Positions 12,206 to 26,293 are shown, counted from the first letter of the stretch. The stretch: 64,000 bases of DNA from Octopus sinensis (GCF_006345805.1 NC_043008.1:51522001-51586000), one strand, 5' to 3'. A program made the numbers and translations. The notes: generated by a model from the sequence alone, not told the origin.

Positions 12206-12777
12206 TATATATATATATATATGCATTTGTATATATTTATGCCTTGTCTACATATGTCTATATATGTATGTAGCCATGCACCTAATGCGAGCCCAGAGCA
12301 ATCTCATCTCTTACACTATTTCAGTATTATGTCTCTATTGTAATGTGAGATAATACTTTCAGTCTGAAAGAAGTCTGTTCTATACACATATATGGCTAAA
12401 TTCCTAACACGCCAGCTGAATTCAATTCGTCCCCAGTCGAAAGACACTTCTTGTGATGTCCTGTTATTATTATTATTATTGTTTTTTTGTATTATTTTTG
12501 TATGTATATTCGTGCAACATCGTCCGTTTTTCCGTCCTTGTTTCGTATACATTCGAAGCTTTTTTTCCAAGGAATCTAATGCTCTTAGCTTAGTTTTTCC
12601 TAGGGGCTGGCCAGATTGGAGCAATCTCAAGATTAATCAGCTGAAATTGCGAGATTTATGACTGAAGATTAAAGGCTTCGAATGACCCGTGCATGTTTTT
12701 TGTATCGTCTTCTGGATGTTTTGCGTTCTTGTCCCATTTTGTATTTATATATATATATTCCTTATATATACATTTAT

Positions 12778-12810
<33 letters not shown>

Positions 12811-12956
12811 TTACTCTTTTACTTGTTTCAGTCATTTGACTGTGGCCATGCTGGAGCACCGCCTTTAGTCGAGCAAGTCAACCCTAGGACTTATTCTATC
12901 GGTCTCTATTGCCGAACCGCATTTGTTGTCAAGCGATGTTGGAGGGACAAACACAG

Positions 12957-12989
<33 letters not shown>

Positions 12990-13519
12990 CAACGGGCTTC
13001 TTTCAGTTCTACCAAATCCTTTGGTCGGCCCAAGGCTACAGTAGAAGACACTTGCCCAAGGTGCCACATAGTGGGACTGAACTCGGAACCATGTGGTTGG
13101 TAAGCAAGCTACTTACCACACAGCCACTCCTATATTCCAGGTAATAATTATTTCTATAACATAATTTAAAGGCATGATAAAGAGAATTTATTTTAATAAC
13201 GTGAACTGTCTGTATAAAGGATATAGAAAATATGAAAAAAAGTGGAAAATTTTGTAAATCGAGGCAGGGTGAGGTTGAGAAGAATTTGCAGCGTTTAAGA
13301 TGTTTGTAAGCAATTCCAGAACAACAAGGGCCATTACTTTCACTGCAAAATTTCAATTTCGTTTGTGTCTAAATATTTTCGTTCTTTGAAACCATGGCAA
13401 AACCCTGACAAAAACTCGTGCCGCATCTGTTTTGTCAGTGAACAAGTCTCGGTTTCAAAGCAACAAAAATATCGAGATTGAAATGAGATTTAAATGTTGC
13501 CGTGAACCAACAGTTTCTC

Positions 13520-13800
13520 TTTGTGTGTGTGTTCTTGAATGGCTTACAAACATCTACTCTTCAAATTGTTTTACACCATTTACACTATTTTTCTTGTCTT
13601 TTGTTTTGTTTTTTTGGCTCGGGTCAAACACTATAGTTTACAGGCCACGGTCTGACGATGTGAATTTTCTGAGTCCTCTCCCCCACCCCACTTTCGCGAG
13701 CGCACATTTTTTTTTTCATAATCGTTTAGAGCAAGTTGTTTTACACCTTTTACACTATTTCTGTGTTTTTTTTGCTCAGCTCAAACGCTTTAGTTTAACC
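13520..13800 (+). mobile_element. Diverged solo arm of the foldback element family at 19580-21232
   Basis: Shares ctcccccacccc-ctttcgcgagcgca-tttttttcat..cgtttagagcaagttgttttacacc and ends in ttaacc like the TIR end. Confidence 0.7.
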
Positions 13801-14154
13801 GAGAAAGTTTGATGACGACTACTGAGGCGAAACTTCGAAGTCACAATCAACCTGTCCCGAGTAAAAATTTTAAATGCGATGCGCAGACAGATACACACGC
13901 AGAATATAATGACAAAATTAATTTTAAATTTCAACAAGAAACATAAGATTCAGCATTAATGAGACGTTTAATTGTTAAATTAATTAGTTATAAAAATGTC
14001 ATACTTCCATGAAAACAAATACGGAATCTTTTAATAAAAAAAATTGTTTCTTCTTTGATTTGTTCATTTCAATTTTTTTTTTTTAATTTTGTTTTAATAT
14101 ATGTGTGTGTGTGTGTGGAATGTTAACAGTCATTCAATTTATGTAATTGTTAAT

Positions 14155-14949
14155 TTATTTGACTTTATTTTTTCTGGTCTTCGTGGGTTGGGGTGAAGCC
14201 CTCCACATGAAACAGGAAAAACCATCTCCGACTAGGTAAATGCTGATTCCAAACAACCATAGAAGAATTATGAAGACAAACCTCTGTTGATTATTTAAGA
14301 TTTGAAGGATCGGGTAAACCCATATACCTTTAGCGAAGGCCAGGAAAAGGATCCATACCACGTAGATGCTAGTGTAGCAGAATGTGTAACCAATTCCACG
14401 AAGTTTGGGAGGATAACAATGAGGGACGAGGTACTTGTCCAAAAAGAGAAGGACCAATGGTAAAGTGTGCAAAATATGGTTCAACCAACCTGGAATGATT
14501 TCATCAAGGAAAGAAGGAAACACCAACTCGCGATCGAAATGGTAAATTAACCAAAATGTGATCACCACAAAAATTCCGACTGGGAAAACTATAGTAGCAT
14601 GAACGTGATCTATGACAATCTGCAGCTGTCTTACCTTGTTTTGATCGCATTTACTCACGCTTCGCCATTTCATGAGGTCATACAGTAAAGAAATGACAAA
14701 ATACAACGTTTGTATCCATATATTCCAGTATGTGAGGTATTTAAATTTACCAAAATATGTATTCCAACCGTACTGAATTTCGAAGGTGTCGGTGTAGGTG
14801 CCAAAAGCTAAAAGAATGAATGATATCAGGTGAAAAGAGCAAATATACAAAGATAGATTCGATATTTTTGCAGGAGAAGAAGAAGAAAGGGGTGAGGCCA
14901 TAGTATGCTCTTTATGTTGAGAGACTTTCCTTTCACGTTTTATTGCCAT
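14155..14949 (-). CDS. AIG1: AIG1/ADTRP (FAR-17a) family multi-pass membrane hydrolase, intronless
   Basis: Open frame with GKFKYLTYWN (catalytic Thr motif), FWLIYHFDRELVFP, GWLNHILHTLP (catalytic His motif), KGIWVYPIL and several hydrophobic helices. The ATG at 14949 has a strong accATGG context; alternative starts are 14985 and 14901. Confidence 0.92.
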   Translation of the reverse strand: MAIKRERKVSQHKEHTMASPLSSSSPAKISNLSLYICSFHLISFILLAFGTYTDTFEIQYGWNTYFGKFKYLTYWNIWIQTLYFVISLLYDLMKWRSVSKCDQNKVRQLQIVIDHVHATIVFPVGIFVVITFWLIYHFDRELVFPSFLDEIIPGWLNHILHTLPLVLLFLDKYLVPHCYPPKLRGIGYTFCYTSIYVVWILFLAFAKGIWVYPILQILNNQQRFVFIILLWLFGISIYLVGDGFSCFMWRASPQPTKTRKNKVK

Positions 14950-15317
14950 GGTGTCGCCTTTTTGTTTCCTCTCTCTCTCTCTCATCTCAGTACACTACTG
15001 TCTCAATCAATGTCACTACTGCTATCGATGGGAGCACTCGAAACGAACAGCAAAGAAGCGGATGTGCTTATATATGAATATATATATTATCTTTAGGATC
15101 TTGTCCTTTTGATAATAATATAACATATATGAATATATATTTTATTATATATAATAATAATATAATATATATAAATATATTTTTTATGAATGCGAAACCA
15201 TTTGTCACTCTATGACCGGAGATATATTTAACTTCATCTAAATATGTGTGTGTGAATGAATGATTATATTACATGTGTGTTTGTGTATAATTAATGCACA
15301 GTCTCGCAATGCCTACG

Positions 15318-15368
<51 letters not shown>

Positions 15369-15950
15369 ACGATGCTGTCCAAGTATGGCCTCAGCTTTCA
15401 GCTGAAACCGATAGAATAGTTAGGATCACCTATAATACACACACACACACACAGGTGGGGTTTGTTGACGAAAACAGAAAACGGACTAAAAAACGTGTTT
15501 ATATAATAATCGGCTGAGTTTTGTATATTAAAACGAAACATTCGGCCCTTTAGTCACTGTAACTTCGAATCTTTACCTTTTGACCGGCAGATTTAGAAAA
15601 TAATTTTTTGTAAAGATCCGTAACTTCTACCAATTGTATATATATATATATATATATAATTTTATTTATTTAATTAGGCTATTAGCCAGCAGAATCTTAG
15701 TACTTCGAACGAACTGCATTCTGGCATTCGTTTCGGGCGATTACATTCTGAATTCAAATACCGCTGAGGTCACCTTCACCCTTTAGTATTTCGAGGTCGA
15801 TTAAAGAAAGTACCGGTAAAGTGCTGAAGTATCATTGACTAATACCCTACCCTTAAAATTGCTGACTCTGCGCTTAAATTAGAAATAATAGTTGTTATAA
15901 CTTATTATTAATAGCTCAGGAGTTAAGAATCCATCCCACAGATCCGATAG

Positions 15951-15989
<39 letters not shown>

Positions 15990-16682
15990 GACGGGCTTTT
16001 TTCGTTTTCCGTCTACCAAATCCACTCACAAGGCTTTGATCGACTTGAGGCTATAGTAGAAGACACTTGCCCAAGGTGCCACGCAGTGGGACTGAACCCG
16101 GAACCATGTGGTTGGTAAACAAGCTACTTACTACACAGCCACTCCTACGCACCTCTGGATATCCTTGTTGCTTATTTTGACTTATATATATATTATATTT
16201 AAAGTTAGATTTTGGCGGGATTCTGCCACAGAATGTATAACACCTCATGACATTTTAATATTGGGGAATTTGCAGAAAATTTTGCGAATTTGTGATCTAA
16301 GTTGGTAAAAATTTACCAAAAGATTTCCCAGCAGGTTACATCTCAGTTATGCCACATTTTTAAACGTCTAGTACCCGACGGAACGTCTGTAACCTGGATA
16401 CTTTACTGAACACCGCACTACACGGTGAATCACAAAAACACGCACTTTTTATTTGTTTCAGCCCTTTATCTTCGGCCTTGTAGCAGCACTGCCTTCAAAC
16501 AGTTTAGCCGAACAAATCGACAAAGTTGCATATTCTCGCTTTCTTTTTAAAGCCTGATATTTATTTTGCCGAACTGCTATAGCAGGAGTGGAGGAAACCA
16601 GGCCCACAGGCCGATATACTATCATTATTGTTTACAAACAATATACAATGCTTCAAGCGAAATATAACTCTCTCATACACAC

Positions 16683-16715
<33 letters not shown>

Positions 16716-17067
16716 CATACACACGCACACATACACACATGTTCTCCTTCTCACTTCCTCCTCATCCACCTCACCCTCTTGTACTGTCTTACATTCCTCC
16801 CCACCACAACCAGAAACTATAAAATGATTAAAATCCCCAGCAAAGGAACTTATTTTCATTTGAAAACCCCACTAGAATGGGAGAAAGCGGTAATGAACTA
16901 AGTGATATGATATATATGTAAAAATGTAATATATAAATAAATATCTGTAAATACAAACCTTCCGATCTTCTGATTACCTCATCATTTCTTCTAATATATA
17001 TATATATATATACATATGTATTTATATATATATATAACATATTATTTATTTATATATATATATATAG

Positions 17068-17098
<31 letters not shown>

Positions 17099-17148
17099 TA
17101 ATATATAATATAACATATGCGTTTATTTATATATATGATACATATGTA

Positions 17149-17191
<43 letters not shown>

Positions 17192-17211
17192 TATGCATAT
17201 TTATATATATA

Positions 17212-17609
17212 CTAGCATATCGCCCGGCGTTGCTCGTGTTTGTAAGGGAAATAACTATATAAGCATTTTTAGAGAGTTATAGCCAAAATATAGCAAAAAA
17301 TGCATTAAAATGGAAAAAAAATTATAATTTTTTTTTTAAATCGTTGACTCATCGTAGACATTTTTAGAGAGTTACTTCCCTTATATAATAGCGAAAATAA
17401 TGCATTAAAATGGAAAAAAAATGATGGTAAATTTTTTTTTTAAATCGTAGACTCATCGAAGACGCGCGCTAATACCCAGAAGGGATCGATATGAATCACG
17501 ACTATAAGATACCCGGTTTTGGTTAAACTGCACCGCAAAATGTGGGAGTAGTTAGGAATCTAAATCGTAGGAGACAGACAGCACACAACTTCACTTTTAT
17601 ATATAAAGA
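17212..17609 (-). mobile_element. Non-autonomous Helitron, copy 2
   Basis: Same termini and right half as 5908-6305, with an internal tandem duplication (about 17265-17360 vs 17360-17460). Confidence 0.8.
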
Positions 17610-17647
17610 AGATATATATATACATATGCATTTATATATATATATAT

Positions 17648-18340
17648 ATCATCATCATCATCGTTTAATGTCCGTTTTCCATGCAAGCATGGGTTGGACG
17701 GTTCGACCGGGATCTGGGAAGCCAGGAGGCTGCACCATGCTCCAGTCTGATCTAGCAGTGTTTCTACAGCTGGATGCCCTTCCTAACGCCAACCACTTTG
17801 TGAGTGTAGTGGGTCCTTTTTACGTGCCACTGGCACAGGTATCACAACTACAATTTCTATTTGATTTTTTGATGTTGATGTACTTGACTCAATAGGTCTC
17901 CTCAAGCACAGCGGGTCGCCCTATGATCCAAGGTAAACACGACAGGCCGTCCTGCGATCCAAGGCACTTTGGATGGGCTGGGGCTTCTATGTGAAGCTGG
18001 TGCAGGAAACAGCCATGAACTCACGTTATTTGTCGGGTCTTCGCAGTCACAGCATATCTCCAGAAGTCTCAGTCTTTCGCCATTGGCTCTGTGAGATCCA
18101 ATGTTCGAAGGTCATGCTTGACCACCTCATCCCATGTCTTCCTGGGTCTACCTCTACTCAGATTCCTTCACTTGTTTGGGAGTGGCACTTCTTCACACAT
18201 CTTTCCTCATCCATCCGTAGTACATGACCATACCAGCGCAGATGTCTCTCTTGCACGCCACATCAAATGCTTCTTATGTCCAGCATTTCTCTCAGGACAC
18301 TTACACTCTGTCGTGTATGCACACTGACCATGTTAGCTTC
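17648..18340 (-). mobile_element. RTE LINE 3' end (ORF tail, 3'-UTR and (GAT)n)
   Basis: Homologous to 56130-56960 (GRPRKTWDEVVKHDL region) and degraded. Confidence 0.8.
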
Positions 18341-18341
18341 A

Positions 18342-18392
<51 letters not shown>

Positions 18393-18596
18393 AGATAGGG
18401 GTTGAAAATTCAACCCACCATGGGATAATATATTTGAAATTTTATACTTATATCTCTTTGTCTATTTACTCTTACTGTATATTTTTTATAATGCCTTTAC
18501 TAATATGTAATGGTGTATTAAAGTATTGATTGGGTATCATCTGATAGTTGATGTTTTATTGATTTAAGTATGTTTCTCCATTCTCTAATTTTGTAG

Positions 18597-18650
<54 letters not shown>

Positions 18651-18676
18651 ATATTATATATATATATATATATATA

Positions 18677-18710
<34 letters not shown>

Positions 18711-19579
18711 GTATATATATGTATTTCTATATATATTTATTTCTATTGGACCATATTATTAATAAATTAAATCTTGCTCTACTTTTATCTCCATTTCTTA
18801 GTCTATTTTTTATCCCTTTACAAATATTAGTTAGTTAATTCTCTTAATTTCTTTTAAATTTTTAAAAATTAATTCTGCTATTACCAGACCTATCGTAGTG
18901 TATTGTGATGTGATATAATATATCAAAATAATATAATATAATATAGTGTAGTATATTATAGTTTAGTATAATAATAATATAATTGTTTAATTCATTTAAA
19001 AACATTATGTATGTATTATAGTTTAGTATAATAATAATATAATAGTTTAATTTCATTAAAAACAACCCCATTTTTCTTTCCTTTCTAATGACCTCTTTGT
19101 AACCTGACAATCTATTAATAGTAACATTTATAAATAAAGAAATAAATTGTTGACCTCAGTTCGAATTTGTTCCAAACAAACTTAGACTTTTTTGTTAGTA
19201 TCAAATTGTGCTCATCCCCTTAGCTTCCCCTTTCCTTTCTCTTTGACAGCTTAAATAGCAGTAACTGATTAAATTCCTACCCCCTTCCTCCTCTTTCTGT
19301 GATTCTTTGAAAATTTCATTAACAATCTGAACCACTACAATATAAGACTGTCATTTTTGCTTCTCATTCGGACTCCCTGATATTTTCGCATGATTGTACC
19401 CTAAATCTCTCCACAAAACTGGATTACGAACTATAAGGACATACACAAATTTTGTAAGTTCAAGACTTTTTCATCGGATCTCCCAAAAAATCGAACTTAT
19501 CTGCGATTCTTGTAAATTTCAATAACAATCTGTTCCTCTACACGATATGACAGTCACTATGTTTTTACTCAGACTTTCC

Positions 19580-21232
19580 GGTTAATATAGGGCGTAACAA
19601 ATATCAGAAAATAAAAAAAAAAATGTGTGTAATAGGTGTAAAACAACTTCCTATGAACGAATATGAAAAAAAAAAATTCGCGCACGCGAAAGGGGGGTGG
19701 GGGAGAGGCCTCGGAAAATTCACATCGGGAAGTTCCGAAAGCGTCTGAGGAGCTGACCCGGGCACCAAAACAAAAAAAAAATAGTGTAATATGTGTAAAA
19801 CAACTTGCTCTAAACGAATATGACAAAAAAAAATGCGCTCTCGCGAAAGAGGGGTGGGGGAGAGGCCTCGGAATATTTATATCGGGAATTTCCGAAAGCG
19901 TCTGAACCGGGCACAAAACAAAAACAAAAACAGCGTAATAGGTGTAAAACAACTTGCTCTAAACGACTATCATGAAAAAAATGCGCGCTCGCCAAAGGGG
20001 GGTGGGGGAGAGGCTTCGGAAATTTCACATCTTCAGTCCACGGCCTTTAAACTAAAGAAAATAGTGTAATTGGTGTAAAACTACTTGTTCTAAACGAGTA
20101 TCAAGAACACACACTCACACATGAATCATAAACTCCGTATTTCGCAAAAAAAAAAATAAAGAGAAGAAATTCTGGAAAAAGTGAAGAAATGTTGGATCTC
20201 CGCCATGTGAATCAAAATACGTGTCAGAAACATCTTGAAATACTAGAAATTATGTTACGAAAATGATAATGTATACATACCTCTTTGAGTGGTCCATCGA
20301 TAATGATGATAAAGAAATGAGTTGGATTTGAACTCAGAATATTGACTAACACAACTACATACTACAAGACTCAAAATATTCAGCCAAGTCACCACCCTTT
20401 AACTAGCAATAATAATAACATCAATAACATAACAGCCAAAAGATTTATTTGTTCTGAAAAAACAATCATAGTAAATAAATATGTTCTTAATATTCACATT
20501 CATGTGCACAGTTAAACACACTTACATACAAACAGTCACGCATGCATAATACAGAACGGAACACATAAATGAAGGATGCATTACTTAGTATATATTACAT
20601 CTAGAGAATTTTGATTAATAAGTCAATATGCAAATTATAAAGATAATTAATTGCTTTACTAAACAGTTTTGTAAAGGTGAAAAAATAAATTTGGGAAAAA
20701 AATACACGCCAAAACTAATTAATAAAGGATAATTAGGGAAGGATTGACACAAATAATAATTTTTTGTGTCTCTTTTTTTCTGATAAATGCATCTTAATAA
20801 GTGAGAAGAATTGCATATATCTGAACTATTTCAAAGAAAAGCATAAATTTAATGTTTAAAATAGCTTTAACCAAGGAATGAGATCCAACATTTCTTCACT
20901 TTTTCCAGAATTTCTTCTCTTTATTATTTTTTTTTGCGAAATACGGAGTTTCTCCCCCACCCCTCTTTCGCGAGAGCGCATTTTTTTTGTCATATTCGTT
21001 TAGAGCAAGTTGTTTTACACATATTACACTATTTTTTTTTTGTTTTGGTGCCCGGGTCAGCTCCTCAGACGCTTTCGGAACTTCCCGATGTGAATTTTCC
21101 GAGGCCTCTCCCCCACCCCCCTTTCGCGTGCGCGAATTTTTTTTTTCATATTCGTTCATAGGAAGTTGTTTTACACCTATTACACACATTTTTTTTTTGA
21201 TTTTCTGATATTTGTTACGCCCTATATTAACC
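19580..21232. mobile_element. Foldback-type non-autonomous DNA transposon, Merlin-like (GG termini, 8-bp TSD)
   Basis: Starts ggttaatatagggcgtaac and ends gttacgccctatattaacc. TSD gactttcc at 19572-19579 and 21233-21240. Arms 19580-20200 and 20880-21232 are built of ~150-bp subrepeats; the right arm lacks left 19864-20130. Confidence 0.85.
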
Positions 21233-21602
21233 GACTTTCCTATACATGATGTGGCAGTCACTTTGCCTCTTACTCGGATTTTCAGAAATTTTGCATGACT
21301 GTATCCGAAAATTTCTTCATACAACTTGATCAAATATTCAATATGAGCTATATGTAGACATGCATGAATTCTATAGGTTTAAAACCTTTCATCGGATCTC
21401 CATGAATCGAACTTTCTTCAATGCAGTTAATCTTACAACCTCTTTTGTATCTACCCCTTTTGATGTTTGGGAATTCTCCGATATTTTTTCGGCTGACGAG
21501 TACGAGCCATCTGTATTCACTGCATTTTTTGTAGCTTATTAAAGATGTCCTCGTACGAAACGATCGTACCGAGATTTTAATCCATTCTTGTTGCTTTTTT
21601 CC

Positions 21603-22485
<883 letters not shown>

Positions 22486-23427
22486 CACGAGAGGCGTTCC
22501 GATAGCAGTAGAGCAACGAAACTTGGCACAGTTATTAGTCTTTTTCTACATAGGAACCACCCAGAGTTACGCATTTCTCCCATCGTTTGATGCAGCTCTG
22601 GAGACCGTTTTTGTAGAAGACCCCAGCTTGGTCCTCCGTCCTGGTCCCAGAAGACTGTGAGCATGACCTTGCCAGCGGAGGGCTGCACCCTTGCCTTCTT
22701 TGGAGGAGGTGAGTCACGGTGCTTCCACTGCATTGACTGGGCTTGGTCTCTGGATCATAGTGATGGACCCAGGTTTCATCCTGTGTAATCAGTCTTTTGA
22801 AAAATTTTGACTCATCTTCTTGGCACATTTCCAAATTCATCCTCGCGCAATCGACGCGTTCTTGCTTCTGGAAAGGTGTGAGCAACCTGGGAATCCATCT
22901 GACAGACACCTTTTGCATATGCAAATGGTCATGAATGATAGTTTCCAAAGACCCGGTACTAATCTTGACCTCATGGGCTATTTGACGAATAGTTATACGT
23001 CGATCTTCCAAAATGGCAGCCTCAACTTGACGGACAGATGCCTCATCAATGGCAGAAGGGGGGGGGGCGACCAGATCTGGGAGCTGTTTCCACAGAGTTC
23101 CGACCATGTTTGAATTCACGGTGCCAGCGTTTTACATGGCCATATGATGGGGCATCATCACCATAAATTACTTTCATTTCATCAAAAGTCTCCCGTGGTG
23201 TGCGTCCTTTCAAATACAAAAACCGGATCACTGCTCGTCATTCAACAGGCTCCATTTCACACTTGACTCAGTTCAAACACCTGTAAATCAGAAACCACAA
23301 ATAGTTCAGAGCTGTAATTTTCCACTTAATCTATAGAGATATAAATAATTGCACATGCAAGATCAAATTTCAGCTAGATCAAACAACTGCAAGTGGGTCA
23401 GGGGCATTACTTATTGAACGTCCCTTG
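22486..23427 (-). mobile_element. Internally deleted mariner element
   Basis: TIR-like ends cacgagaggcgttc and gaacgtcccttg flanked by TA. Minus-strand IRFLYLKG..WHREFK.GR, VRWIPRLL, LITQDETWVHHYDPE, QPSAGKVMLTVFWD, after which most of the catalytic domain is missing. Confidence 0.9.
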
Positions 23428-23983
23428 TATATGTACATATAAATGCATATGTATATGTGTGTGTGTGTGTGTGTGTGTGCTTGAAGCATTGTATATTGTT
23501 TGTAAACAACAATGATAGTAAATGGTAATAATGTGTTTAGAATGGCAGAACAATGCACTATAATATATATGTATGTATGTAATGTATATATATATATATA
23601 TATTGATCTTTTCATTTTGAATGGCAGATTTCAACACAATTTCTAGTTAACTAAACATTTTAAAACTTCGTATACTGGTAGAATGTGTCAAAAGAAAACA
23701 TTATTTTCACTTGGTTTTCTTGATAACGTAGTTTAATTTTTGGTTAACGTAGTTTAATTTTTCGAATTTTAACCAATGAATCGCCTCTATTTGAGCTGAA
23801 ATCATTTGCTGCGTCTAAAAACTGAGACAAAATCCTGTCACTGTTACGTAAACAACTATTTATACAAAATATACGGAAAGCGTATACATTTATATATATA
23901 TATATACATACATATATATATATATATATGCATATCTAAGTTTATATATGTATATGTGTGTGTGTGTATATATATATATGCGT

Positions 23984-24027
<44 letters not shown>

Positions 24028-24042
24028 TATATATATATAATA

Positions 24043-24074
<32 letters not shown>

Positions 24075-24114
24075 GTGCGTATATATTTATATATATATAT
24101 ATATGCGTATATAT

Positions 24115-24490
24115 ACCGCCAACTTTGCCCAAACGACCTGAACATTAGCTTCAAGGTTCATCCAAGACTGGGACCACGGGCCATACGTCCCCTGCCCAAT
24201 ACATGTACACTGCAACATAATTTCTTTTCCTCAACAGGCCCTGCCCTATTTAACATTGTCCCGAAAGAGATCAAAGAGGAAAAGGATCCCATCAACTTTA
24301 AACGGAGTCTGGATAGATTCCTTCAAAGAATACCAGATAAGCCACCCATAATTAGATACAACTCACCCAACAAAAACTTACTACTTGAATGGACCATAAA
24401 CAAAACTTGACTTAAACAGGATTCAAATAATCCTATCAGGTGGTGCTATTAAGTTAGACATGACCTGGACCAATCTTTGGTCGAAACATA
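24115..24490 (+). mobile_element. CR1-like LINE 3' end
   Basis: GPALFNIVPKEI...FKRSLDRFLQRIPDKP C-terminal motif, flanked by (TA)n. Confidence 0.75.
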
Positions 24491-24514
24491 TCTAAGTTTA
24501 TATATATATATATA

Positions 24515-25060
24515 TTGATAAAACGGTAAGATAACAAAAGAAAGAAAGAGACCTCAATATTATGTAAATAGAGGAAATTTATCTATACAATAGATAAATT
24601 ACTCGGTAGTCAAGATAAAAGCCCTATACTAACGGCAACGGAAGGTGCGGTTTATGCGACATGGAGAGATGGCTTATCTGGAAAAGCAGCTTAGACCCTA
24701 CCACATGTCTAAATACAAGGACAGAGCTTTTCGGATCATGCCCACATGTGACTAAATTTCTGTTACGTTTTTGGTCCCCTAAAGAAAACGGATAGAACAT
24801 GCTTTCTGTGTTATGTCCCAAGAAGATTTTATATATTTTTATATTTTTATGTATTTTTATATAATTTTTATGACGAAAAATGCGAGCGATGTATAAGTAC
24901 GCAGGCAAAGCAGAGTTATAACAGAGTAATTTCCCTTCATTTTTAACGGTATTTTTTCATAACGTTTTCAAATAGCCAGATAACCGAAGAGATGGTGTTG
25001 TGGATTTCCACTTCGGCATCTGAAACTCAGAGTTTTATCTTGACTACCGAGTAATGTAAC
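24515..25060 (+). mobile_element. Non-coding Penelope-like element with 5' inverted segment and hammerhead
   Basis: 23-bp perfect inverted repeat at 24598-24620 vs 25033-25055, hammerhead at 24978-25040, (TA)n on both sides. Confidence 0.65.
24978..25040 (+). ncRNA. Type-I hammerhead ribozyme
   Basis: AGAUAA-CCGAAGA-GAUG[..gugga/uccac..]CAUC-U-GAAA-CUCAGAG-U-U-UUAUCU. Stem I is 6 bp and helix III is ACUC/GAGU. One extra U before GAAA. Confidence 0.7.
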
Positions 25061-25062
25061 AT

Positions 25063-25108
<46 letters not shown>

Positions 25109-25809
25109 TAAATCAGATCAGAGTCTGGTACAGCCACTGGCTCTCCAGACCTCAGTCAAAACGTCCAACCTATGCCAGCATGGAAAATGGATGTTATACA
25201 ATGATGATGATGATATTACATACATATATATATATAATATAATCACCTCCAAATGTCTCTCTCACAGACTCCACCCACCCCTTGAGAACAACCTTTTTAT
25301 GGTGGTGGGAGGAGCTACTTAGCAACATTTCATTTGTCAGCCTTTCTTCGTCCTTTAATCATTGTTCCACCCACCTTAGTGATTCATTCCCCCTCCCTTA
25401 CACACACTGAACCACATGCACTACGCTTGCCTCTCTCTTTCTCTCTTTCTATGTAATTAATTCAGAGCCAACTATCTGTAACTCTGAAAAGTGTCATATT
25501 AATTATTGTTTCAAATTTTGTCACAAGGCCAGCAATTTCGGGGGATAAAGTCGATTACATGCTCAACTGATACTTATTCTATCGACCCTCATTATTAACA
25601 GAACTCTTAACATTGCTACTCCATCGCAGAGTGACGACTACGTCTTTAAACAGGAAAACTTGATTAACAACAATCACTGTTTTCTAGTATAGTGAAGAAA
25701 ATAGAATAAAACACGGATAAATCCCAATACAATATAAATAAATCTCACTCACGTTTTACTATATTTTCAGGAGTTACCTCCCTGGTTTACAAAACTATAT
25801 GACTGAAAT

Positions 25810-25840
<31 letters not shown>

Positions 25841-26259
25841 TATAGATATATATTCAAAGAAAAAATTTTTAATTGATCTAAAAGAAGAAAAAATCGAAAT
25901 AATAAAAAAGTGGTGTTAATTTCTTGTTATTTAATTACATTCATTCCGCATTTGGAAAGTAAAAGTAAACAAAAATAATGGAGAATACAAAAAAGTAACT
26001 TGGTTTTCTTAAACGAAACGAATAATTACATATAAATAGTTCATGATATTTTATTGCTTTCATTTCTTTACACAAACGTAAAACAAACAAAACAAATTGG
26101 TTCACTTAATGAATTAACATTAGCGAAAAGTAAACACTTGTTACTAAAAATAAAAAAAAAAACGCATCATTAAAATTAGAATTGAAACTCAGATGTAATT
26201 ATTTATTTGAAAGTTTTTGAAAGTACTAGATCAAAGCAACCACACATATATATATATAT

Positions 26260-26293
<34 letters not shown>

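Noticed and set aside
12655-12700. Further hammerhead-like fragments (ctgaaga here; minus-strand ccgatga at about 19470 and 21390; ccaatga..gaaa at 55458)
   Set aside because: GAAA or helix I/III pairing is missing or broken, so they are too degenerate to call.
19569-21333. ORFs of 70-145 aa inside the foldback arms
   Set aside because: Products of A/T-run subrepeats, mirrored on both arms, with no protein motif.
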